A stretch of DNA of 64,000 nucleotides from an uncultured SAR86 cluster bacterium (lineage in GTDB: Bacteria > Pseudomonadota > Gammaproteobacteria > Magnimaribacterales > D2472): contig CACMVA010000002.1 of the NCBI GenBank assembly GCA_902617045.1, positions 100,014-164,013 on the forward strand, in the 5' to 3' direction. Under the pieces are notes generated by a model. That model worked only from the letters and a program-made list of their open reading frames with translations. It did not search any database and was not told the origin of the DNA. Of this stretch, positions 1 through 6,994 are shown piece after piece. The translations under genes and the position numbers were made by a program. Positions within the stretch are counted from its first letter, which is position 1; the number at the start of each line of letters is the position of its first letter.

Positions 1-50
1 GTAGATGATGTAAGAATAATAATTAGAAAGCTGTTTATTAATGTTTTCAT
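1..50 (-). CDS. possible 5' end of an RseB/MucB-like gene (partial, continues past window start)
   Basis: ATG at 50..48 lies 13 nt downstream of the rseA-like stop. It translates MKTLINSFLIIILTSS, which looks like a signal peptide. The position fits rpoE-rseA-rseB order. Only 16 codons are visible. Confidence 0.25.
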   Translation of the reverse strand, partial: MKTLINSFLIIILTSS

Positions 51-63
51 ATGTTTACAGGTG

Positions 64-750
64 TTATTTATTTAATGATTTAGAAATTTCTAAAGCTGAT
101 GTTAAAGATATATTGCCATATAGTGTTACTACTTTTCCATTTTCAAGTGGGACAAGATAAATCATTTTGTTTCCGTGTTTCCAATATCTAACTTTTTTAA
201 GACCAAAATCTTTATTTTCAATACGTAACTGAAATTTTTCTTTTCCTTTTGTATATGAGAAGCCATCACTGGTATTAATGTTAAACCCAACATTTCTTAA
301 ATCAATTCGGCTTGTTGATTTCATATAATTTGGGTCATTTAAAACTTTCATAACATGATCAGTTATGTATTCCTCAGATCTCTGAGCAATTAATTGTGCC
401 TCTTTACTATTTATTGCAGAAGATATTTGATTTGTTGAATCGATATTTTCATTCAATCTTGAGAAATCTGAATAATTAACAAACATAAGAGTTAAAAGTA
501 CTGTTGCTGCAGCAGTAAGCCCATTGGAAAGCCAAACATTAGAGAAAATGTTCTTAAATGAATTTTTATAAACAATTTTTGGTTTCAATTTGCTAGATCC
601 TTGATTAACAGCAACATTTATTAGACTGTATAAAGATAATTGCTTTTGCATGTCTTTATTGTTATTAACAATTTCAATCAATTCATCAATTTCAGAACTA
701 TTTAGCTCTCCATCGTACATTGCAGAAATTTTTTCTTTGATGTTATTCAT
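64..750 (-). CDS. rseA: anti-sigma-E factor, RseA/MucA-like
   Basis: 228-aa ORF overlapping the rpoE stop by 8 nt. The N-terminus MYDGELNSSEIDELIE matches the RseA N-terminal anti-sigma motif. There is one central TM segment (LTAAATVLLTLMFV) and a periplasmic C-terminal domain. Confidence 0.6.
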   Translation of the reverse strand: MNNIKEKISAMYDGELNSSEIDELIEIVNNNKDMQKQLSLYSLINVAVNQGSSKLKPKIVYKNSFKNIFSNVWLSNGLTAAATVLLTLMFVNYSDFSRLNENIDSTNQISSAINSKEAQLIAQRSEEYITDHVMKVLNDPNYMKSTSRIDLRNVGFNINTSDGFSYTKGKEKFQLRIENKDFGLKKVRYWKHGNKMIYLVPLENGKVVTLYGNISLTSALEISKSLNK

Positions 751-1321
751 TATTATTAGTTATTTCCTTTTCTATAAAATCAACTATTGATTCTCTAGCT
801 CTAAAAATTCTAGAACGAACTGTTCCTATTGGTGTTTCAGTAATTGCAGCAATATCTTCATAGCTCTTTCCCTCTGATTCTCTTAATATAAATGCCGTCC
901 TTAGTGATTCAGGCAATGAGTCTATAAAAAAACTTATCTCCCCAAGTGATTCATTATGAATTACAGCTGATTCAATATCATCAAAAGAACTAATGTCTAT
1001 TTCTGCCTCTTGAATTGAAGTATTTATTTTTTGTTTTTTAAATCCTGAGCTAGCAACAAAGTTTTTGGCTAGATTAATTGCGATTCTGTAAACCCATGTG
1101 AAAAAAGCACTATCTCCTCTAAATGTGTCGAGTTGTTGCCAAACTTTGATGAAAGTTTGTTGTGACAAATCTTCAGAGTCCTCTTTAGATTTAATAAAAG
1201 AAAAAATAGAAGCATAAACTCTTGGATAGTACTTGTTCATCAGAATGTTAAATGCTCCATGACTGCCTTTTTTTGCCTTTTTTATTAATTCGGAATCAAT
1301 ATCACGTGAATTTTCTTTCAT
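743..1321 (-). CDS. rpoE: ECF RNA polymerase sigma factor sigma-E
   Basis: 192 aa. Region 2 (FRGDSAFFTWVYRIAINLAKNF) and the region 4 HTH (SYEDIAAITETPIGTVRSRIFRARE) closely resemble E. coli RpoE. An anti-sigma gene follows. Confidence 0.85.
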   Translation of the reverse strand: MKENSRDIDSELIKKAKKGSHGAFNILMNKYYPRVYASIFSFIKSKEDSEDLSQQTFIKVWQQLDTFRGDSAFFTWVYRIAINLAKNFVASSGFKKQKINTSIQEAEIDISSFDDIESAVIHNESLGEISFFIDSLPESLRTAFILRESEGKSYEDIAAITETPIGTVRSRIFRARESIVDFIEKEITNNNE

Positions 1322-1341
1322 ATAAATATGTTTCCTATTTT

Positions 1342-1369
1342 TCTGACAGGTAAATTGTCTAAAAGTTTC
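1342..1369 (-). promoter_or_regulatory. candidate sigma-E-dependent (autoregulated) rpoE promoter
   Basis: The minus strand reads GAAACTT-N16-TCAGA, versus the recalled sigma-E consensus GGAACTT-N16-TCAAA. It sits ~20 nt upstream of the rpoE ATG and overlaps the sdhE stop codon. Confidence 0.4.
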
Positions 1370-1616
1370 CTAGTTCCGTAAAAGTTTTTAAATTTTTAAT
1401 AATAAAACTTTCGTGATCTTTGTTGCCTATAGGTTGATTCTTAAAAATAAAGTCATATAGTCTTTGATCATCATAATCTAATATTTCATCAAATAAAGAT
1501 AAATCGTTATTACTTAGATTTTTAATAGAATTTTTTGAAAACTCTCTTAAAAGCAAGTCGATTTCTCTCATTCCTCTTCTGCATTTCCACTTAATTCTGT
1601 TTATTTCGTTGCTCAT
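1359..1616 (-). CDS. sdhE: FAD assembly factor SdhE (YgfY family)
   Basis: 85 aa with the RGxxE motif (CRRGMREIDLLL). It is divergent from ygfZ, as in E. coli ygfY/ygfZ. Confidence 0.75.
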   Translation of the reverse strand: MSNEINRIKWKCRRGMREIDLLLREFSKNSIKNLSNNDLSLFDEILDYDDQRLYDFIFKNQPIGNKDHESFIIKNLKTFTELGNF

Positions 1617-1649
1617 TGGTTAAAATAAAGTTTTATTTCATAATTTTAC

Positions 1650-2441
1650 TTGAAAATAGACACTGATAATAACCTTATAATCCCAGGATCACTTGAAATA
1701 AGCGACTTAAAAGCTATCAAAGTTATCGGGGAACCCAATAAAGTTGAAGATTTCCTTCAAGGACAGCTAACATCTGATATAAGTCTACTAAATAATGGCG
1801 CGTCTCAACTGTCTTGTATATGTGATCATAAGGGTCAGATTATTGCTGATTTTATTGTTTTAAAACAAGATAATGACTTTTTTATAACAATTCAAAAAGA
1901 TTTCATTAGTATTTTTACAAGTGAGTTAGAGATCTTTGCAAAATTTGGCTCTGTGAGCTTTGAAATTTGTGATCACAAGATTATTGGGGAAATTAATAAT
2001 AAAGGCGATTCAAATAATTTTTACTACTCAAATGATGAGTTTGAATTGAGCTTATACCTTAAAAAGTCAAATTATAAGAACAAAAATTCTATTAATTTAG
2101 ATATGTGGAATGCTGCCAACAAAATATTAGGTATTTTACATCTTGATAAATCTCATTCTGGTAAGTTTAGACCGCTTGAAATAAATTTTGATAAGAACAG
2201 AGTCTCTTTTGAAAAAGGATGCTTCAGAGGGCAGGAGATTGTCGCTAGGATGAAATATTTAGGTATTGATAGAAGAAAATTTTGTACTTTTATAGTTAAT
2301 AATGATTTTGTTGAAAGTAATCTTATTAAATCTATTGGAAAAATTATTAATTTAGATGATAAAAAAGTGTTTAATGGAATTGTAAAAAAAGATGATATTG
2401 AAGAAGTGAAGAAAATTTCTGGAATTATTTCAATTTTATAA
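1650..2441 (+). CDS. ygfZ: folate-binding tRNA-modification / Fe-S repair protein YgfZ
   Basis: 263 aa with a TTG start. The C-terminal KGC[FY]xGQE signature is present (EKGCFRGQEIVARMKYLG). Synteny with sdhE supports the call. Confidence 0.7.
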   Translation: MKIDTDNNLIIPGSLEISDLKAIKVIGEPNKVEDFLQGQLTSDISLLNNGASQLSCICDHKGQIIADFIVLKQDNDFFITIQKDFISIFTSELEIFAKFGSVSFEICDHKIIGEINNKGDSNNFYYSNDEFELSLYLKKSNYKNKNSINLDMWNAANKILGILHLDKSHSGKFRPLEINFDKNRVSFEKGCFRGQEIVARMKYLGIDRRKFCTFIVNNDFVESNLIKSIGKIINLDDKKVFNGIVKKDDIEEVKKISGIISIL

Positions 2442-2443
2442 AA

Positions 2444-3121
2444 TTACCAAATAATTTTACCTAAATTATGTTCTTCTAAATATTTATTACATTTTGAAAA
2501 ATGTTTTGAACCAAAAAAACCCCTGTATGCAGATAATGGCGATGGATGTGCAGACATTAGAATTAAATTATGTTTGCTATCAATAAATTTTAAATATTTT
2601 TTTGGATGATTTCCCCATAAAATAAAAACTATATTTCTTTTTTTTTGCAAAACTTTTAAAGTTTCTCTAATAAAAATTTCCCAACCAATATTTGAGTGTG
2701 ATCCAGGTTTTGATTCCTCCACAGTTAAAGATGAGTTCAGTAAAAGTACGCCTTGTCTTGCCCAGCTTTTTAAACAACCATCACGATTTTTAGATTTACC
2801 AACATCATTTTTAATTTCTTTATAAATATTTTTTAAAGATGAAGGTATTGGTTCATTTGGTCTTACTGAAAAAGCTAAGCCATTTGCAACACCTTTTTGA
2901 AAATATGGATCTTGTCCAAATATCACTACTTTTGTTTTTGAAAAAGAACAGTATTTGAATGCGTTAAAGATTTGATTGTAAGGCGGACAAATGATCTTAT
3001 TGTTTTCAATTTCTTTAGTTACAAATTTAATTGGGGCATCAATAAGTGACGAAAATGAAGTGTTTTCAAATAAATTTTTCCAATTTTCTTGTATATGTAA
3101 ATCAATGTTTTTTTTGTTCAT
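2444..3121 (-). CDS. ung: uracil-DNA glycosylase (family 1)
   Basis: 225 aa with GQDPYF..NGLAFSV and the HPSPLSAYRGFFG His-loop motif. Confidence 0.9.
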   Translation of the reverse strand: MNKKNIDLHIQENWKNLFENTSFSSLIDAPIKFVTKEIENNKIICPPYNQIFNAFKYCSFSKTKVVIFGQDPYFQKGVANGLAFSVRPNEPIPSSLKNIYKEIKNDVGKSKNRDGCLKSWARQGVLLLNSSLTVEESKPGSHSNIGWEIFIRETLKVLQKKRNIVFILWGNHPKKYLKFIDSKHNLILMSAHPSPLSAYRGFFGSKHFSKCNKYLEEHNLGKIIW

Positions 3122-3135
3122 TTTTGCAATAAATT

Positions 3136-3170
3136 TTATCCACAGAAACTGTGGATAAAGTTATGGATAA
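3136..3170. promoter_or_regulatory. DnaA-box cluster forming a perfect palindrome upstream of ung
   Basis: TTATCCACA (3136..3144) and TGTGGATAA (3150..3158) are perfect consensus boxes in inverted orientation; with the flanking G/C they form a 10-bp inverted repeat with a 3-nt spacer. A third 8/9 box (complement TTATCCATA) lies at 3162..3170. The cluster sits 15-49 nt upstream of the ung ATG. Confidence 0.55.
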
Positions 3171-3418
3171 CTTTATTTATACCATATTAAGTGGCTTAAA
3201 ATAAGGGTTTTTTCTAAGTTGTATAAATTTTGTACAAAAAACATAAAAATAACCTTATATCAATAGTTTACGAATTTTTAATTAATTATATGTATAAAAT
3301 TTATATTAAAATATAATCCCTCTAATAACACTCTTTTATTCTGTTGACAAGTATATTTTTAATAAAGTTATAAAAATTAAATATTAAGACAAATGTTTTT
3401 ATAAAATTTGGACTTTTT

Positions 3419-4591
3419 TTAGCAAATTCTTACACTAAAAACTCTTTTCATTTTTTTTATAGTATCTATTAGTTTCTTTGATGGCTGTAGCTGAAGATCA
3501 ATTAAAGTTATAGCAATTTCATTTCTACTTTTGTTAATCATGTCAGCAATGTTAAGATTTTCTGAAGCAATTTCTCCAGTTATACGACCTATTACTCCGG
3601 GCTCATCTTTATGAACTATAACAAGCCTATTTTCTGTTGTCCTTCCAAGTTTAACTCGAGGAAAATTAACAGAATTTATTATTTCTCCATCTTTTAAAAA
3701 TCTATTTGCTTGTTCTGCTGCCATGATTGCACAATTAACTTCTGCCTCATGAGTGCTTGCACCAAGATGGGGCATTAAAATAACATCTTCATATTCATTT
3801 GATCTTTTTATCATTTCTGGTGTTGGGAAATCAGTCACAAAACAACTGATATTTTTATTTGTGAGAGCTTCTAAAACATCTTCATTATTTACAATAGCTC
3901 CCCTTGATAGGTTAATTAACTTTGCTCCTTTTTTTATGTACTGAAGATTATCCTTTGAAATTAAGTTTTTTGTTTCATCCACCAACGGAACATGAATTGA
4001 GATGTAATCAGAATTAGATAATAGGTATTTTAAATCGTCTGCTTTCTCAACTTCTTTTGGTAATTGCCAAGCAGAATCGATAGAAATCTTTGGATCATAC
4101 CCAATAATTTTCATTCCCATGCTCTCAACTGATTGGGCTAAAAGAGATCCAATTGATCCTAATCCAATTATTCCAATTGTTTTACCCTTTAACTCACTCC
4201 CTTTAAACGTTTTTTTATTTGATTCAACCAGGTTAGTTACATCATTACTGTTTTTTTCTTCTATATTTTGTGTGAATTTGTGTCCTTGAATAATACCTCT
4301 TGAAGATAACAACATTCCACAGATAACAAGTTCTTTGACTGCATTAGCATTTCCTCCTGGAGTATTAAATACTACAACACCCTTTTCAGTAGCCATACTT
4401 ATAGGAATATGGTTTACACCTGCCCCTGCTCGACATATACATTTTAGTGATGGATTAAAGTCTTTCTCAATAAGATTATGGCTTCTTATAAGTAGTGCAT
4501 CCGGATCATTATCATTTTCTATAAAACCATTGTCTTTAAGACAATTAATTCCTTGCAGAGCAATATTATTAAAGATTTTATATGTATACAT
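3419..4591 (-). CDS. serA: D-3-phosphoglycerate dehydrogenase-like D-2-hydroxyacid dehydrogenase with C-terminal ACT domain
   Basis: 390 aa with the NAD Rossmann motif GIIGLGSIGSLLA, catalytic-region motifs LSRG and HLGASTHEAE, and an ACT-like C-terminus (VIVHKDEPGVIGRITGEI). Confidence 0.7.
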   Translation of the reverse strand: MYTYKIFNNIALQGINCLKDNGFIENDNDPDALLIRSHNLIEKDFNPSLKCICRAGAGVNHIPISMATEKGVVVFNTPGGNANAVKELVICGMLLSSRGIIQGHKFTQNIEEKNSNDVTNLVESNKKTFKGSELKGKTIGIIGLGSIGSLLAQSVESMGMKIIGYDPKISIDSAWQLPKEVEKADDLKYLLSNSDYISIHVPLVDETKNLISKDNLQYIKKGAKLINLSRGAIVNNEDVLEALTNKNISCFVTDFPTPEMIKRSNEYEDVILMPHLGASTHEAEVNCAIMAAEQANRFLKDGEIINSVNFPRVKLGRTTENRLVIVHKDEPGVIGRITGEIASENLNIADMINKSRNEIAITLIDLQLQPSKKLIDTIKKMKRVFSVRIC

Positions 4592-4667
4592 TTCGATAAG
4601 ATTAATTAAAACAATAGTAGAAAAACAGAAGCATTATATACAAAATTGACATATATTAACTGAACAT

Positions 4668-5288
4668 ATGAGTATTCACATTAATAATTTAACTTTTTCT
4701 CATGATGATTCGGCGCTATTGCACGATTTATCTTTCTCAGTTGAAAAAAATCAAATAGGATTCGTGTCAGGAAGTAGTGGTATTGGTAAAAGTACCCTCT
4801 TTAATATAATTGCAGGACTTATTCTCCCTGAAAATGGAAAAATAATACTTGATGATATTCTTCTCAATGATAAAAATTTCTCACTAGAGACTGAAAAAAG
4901 GGAGATTGGTTATGTTTTTCAAGATTTTGCATTATTCCCACATATAAATGTCAAAAGAAATATTAAATATGCAATTTCTTCAGAAGTTAGTGAACTCTTT
5001 GATGAATTAATATCAAAACTAGGTCTATTAGAGCTTTTAGATAAAATGCCTCATGAATTATCTGGTGGTCAACAACAAAGAGCGGCTCTGCTAAGAGCTA
5101 TTTTAATGAAACCAAAAATTCTTCTGTTGGATGAACCGTTTTCGAATCTTGATAAAGATAATATTATTGCTGCTCAAAAAATAATTAGTCAAATCATAGG
5201 CTTATATGATATACCTTGCTTAATCATATCTCATGACATTCAATCAACTGAAAATTTTCAAATAGATAAAGAAATTATAATCAGCTAG
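4668..5288 (+). CDS. ABC transporter ATP-binding protein (stand-alone)
   Basis: Walker A GSSGIGKST, signature LSGGQQQR, Walker B LLLDEP and H-loop ISHD are present. There is no adjacent permease or binding-protein gene. Confidence 0.8.
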   Translation: MSIHINNLTFSHDDSALLHDLSFSVEKNQIGFVSGSSGIGKSTLFNIIAGLILPENGKIILDDILLNDKNFSLETEKREIGYVFQDFALFPHINVKRNIKYAISSEVSELFDELISKLGLLELLDKMPHELSGGQQQRAALLRAILMKPKILLLDEPFSNLDKDNIIAAQKIISQIIGLYDIPCLIISHDIQSTENFQIDKEIIIS

Positions 5289-6735
5289 TTGTTAGCGATT
5301 TTTCAACATATGATTTCCAATTATTAAAGGCCCTATCATAAGTTTTAGTTAACTCAATATTTGGTGTAAAAACATTCATGTCATCATTTTTTGCATTGAT
5401 AATACTTAATCCAGAACCAAGCATGCAAACTTTACATGCGCCAATAGCAGTTGATTCAACATTTTTTGGCTGAATGATTTTTTTATTAAGAGTATCTGCA
5501 AGTAGTTGACAAAATGAGTTATTTTTTACCATGCCGCCATCTACTGAAAGATTGGTTATTTGAATATCATACTTTTGCAAAATGGCAGTAATTTCTTTAG
5601 TTTGAAAAGATATTGAATGGAATGCAGCAGTTACCATATCTTCTATTGAGGAATCCTGAGTAAGCCCATAAAAGCCTCCTCTGATATCTGAATTCCAATA
5701 AGGAGCACCCAAACCATTAAAAGCTGGCAAAAAAAGAACATTATTGCTATTACCTTTCTTATTAAGATATTTCTCGCTATCTTTGGCGCTTTCAAAAAAT
5801 TTCATTTTATCTCGGAGCCATTTAATTATGGTTCCTGATGAGTAAATGCTACCTTCAATGGCATAATGAACTTTATCATCTAATTGATATGCCACCGTTG
5901 TTAGCAGGCCTTCGTCAATATTTAAGGGCTTTTCTTCTGTATTTACCATTAAGAAACAACCTGTTCCATATGTAGATTTCATATCGCCATTATTAAAGCA
6001 ACCTTGTCCAACAAGAGCTGCTTGCTGATCACCAATAACACCTCTAATGGGTATCTCACAATTATTTATTGTTAAATTACCAAAATCGCCATCACAACTT
6101 AGCACTTCAGGCATCATGGTTTTCGGTATTTCAAATAATTCCAATAGCTCATCATCCCATTCCATACTTTTTATATTAAAAAGCAATGTTCTTGATGCGT
6201 TTGTGACATCCGTGAAATGATTCTTTTCTTTGGAAAGCATATAAATAAGATATGAATCAACAGTTCCAAACAATAACTCACCTTTACTCGCTTTTTCTCT
6301 AGCGCCCTCGACATTATCTAGAATCCACTTGATCTTTGTTGCTGAAAAATATGGATCAAGAAGTAATCCTGTTTTTTCTTTTATGACTGGTTCATGCCCA
6401 TTTGATTTCAGATATGAGCAGTATTCATGTGTTCTTCTATCTTGCCAGACAATTCCAGGATAAATTGCTTCACCAGTTGATTTTGACCAAACTATCGTCG
6501 TTTCTCTTTGATTTGTAATACCACACGCTTCAAGACCTATATCAGCGTTTACAACTTTTTTAAGTGTATTTGTAACTGTTTCTATTATTTTCTTTGGCTC
6601 TAACTCAACCCAGCCATCTTCAGGATAAGTAAGATCATATTCTTCTTGTGCATCTGTCACTAAATTTAAATTTGCATCAAAAATTATTGATCTTGAACTT
6701 GTGGTTCCCTGATCTATTGATAAAAAATTTTTCAT
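5281..6735 (-). CDS. glpK: glycerol kinase
   Basis: 484-aa FGGY-family kinase with LSIDQGTTSSRSIIF at the N-terminus and a GDQQAALVGQ motif. Confidence 0.9.
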   Translation of the reverse strand: MKNFLSIDQGTTSSRSIIFDANLNLVTDAQEEYDLTYPEDGWVELEPKKIIETVTNTLKKVVNADIGLEACGITNQRETTIVWSKSTGEAIYPGIVWQDRRTHEYCSYLKSNGHEPVIKEKTGLLLDPYFSATKIKWILDNVEGAREKASKGELLFGTVDSYLIYMLSKEKNHFTDVTNASRTLLFNIKSMEWDDELLELFEIPKTMMPEVLSCDGDFGNLTINNCEIPIRGVIGDQQAALVGQGCFNNGDMKSTYGTGCFLMVNTEEKPLNIDEGLLTTVAYQLDDKVHYAIEGSIYSSGTIIKWLRDKMKFFESAKDSEKYLNKKGNSNNVLFLPAFNGLGAPYWNSDIRGGFYGLTQDSSIEDMVTAAFHSISFQTKEITAILQKYDIQITNLSVDGGMVKNNSFCQLLADTLNKKIIQPKNVESTAIGACKVCMLGSGLSIINAKNDDMNVFTPNIELTKTYDRAFNNWKSYVEKSLTTS

Positions 6736-6754
6736 ATCATCTCTCCAATACTAA

Positions 6755-6774
6755 TTATCCACAATTTATACACT
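6755..6774 (+). promoter_or_regulatory. DnaA boxes upstream of nrdA
   Basis: Perfect TTATCCACA at 6755..6763 and an 8/9 box TTATACACT at 6766..6774. Another 8/9 copy lies at 6801..6809. Confidence 0.55.
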
Positions 6775-6802
6775 TATTTCCAACAGTATAAAAACACCTT
6801 TT

Positions 6803-6818
6803 ATACACTATATTGTGT
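6803..6818. promoter_or_regulatory. NrdR box 1
   Basis: ATACACTATATTGTGT matches about 14/16 of the recalled NrdR palindrome acaCwAtATaTwGtgt. Confidence 0.65.
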
Positions 6819-6833
6819 AAAAAAATGAAATTG

Positions 6834-6849
6834 TCACAATATATTGTGT
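6834..6849. promoter_or_regulatory. NrdR box 2
   Basis: TCACAATATATTGTGT matches 15/16 of the NrdR consensus. It is 31 bp centre-to-centre from box 1, the typical tandem spacing. Confidence 0.75.
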
Positions 6850-6857
6850 TTTTTTAC

Positions 6858-6885
6858 TTGATTCTTTATCCACAATAAGTATAGT
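6858..6885 (+). promoter_or_regulatory. candidate sigma-70 promoter of nrdAB with DnaA box in the spacer
   Basis: TTGATT (6858..6863), a 16-nt spacer, then TATAGT (6880..6885). A perfect DnaA box TTATCCACA (6866..6874) lies inside the spacer. Confidence 0.45.
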
Positions 6886-6994
6886 TAGTCAGTAGGAGAA
6901 AAAATTAACGTTACTGCAGAATTACTTAAATTTTTCCAAAAAAAAGAAACAATAAAGCTTTAGATAAAAGAAAATGATTAGCGGATAAAGAAAA

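Noticed and set aside
2900-2917. UNG water-activating loop reads GQDPYF instead of the usual GQDPYH
   Set aside because: The catalytic Asp and the HPSPLS His-loop are intact, so this single substitution is most simply lineage variation. On its own it is not evidence of altered function.
3344-3374. Perfect TTGACA on the plus strand with a TATAAA-like element 19 nt downstream, pointing into the serA-like gene in antisense
   Set aside because: The spacer length is suboptimal and there is no plus-strand gene or structured RNA downstream. A-T rich hexamers resembling the -10 are everywhere in this genome.
3122-3418. Possible chromosomal origin (oriC): a long AT-rich spacer with three DnaA boxes
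   Set aside because: Only three boxes are clustered at one edge, with no GATC sites or recognisable 13-mer DUE repeats. There is no switch in gene orientation: genes on both sides, and the bulk of the window to the right, are on the minus strand. A regulatory or titration site is more plausible; a genome-wide GC-skew analysis would settle it.
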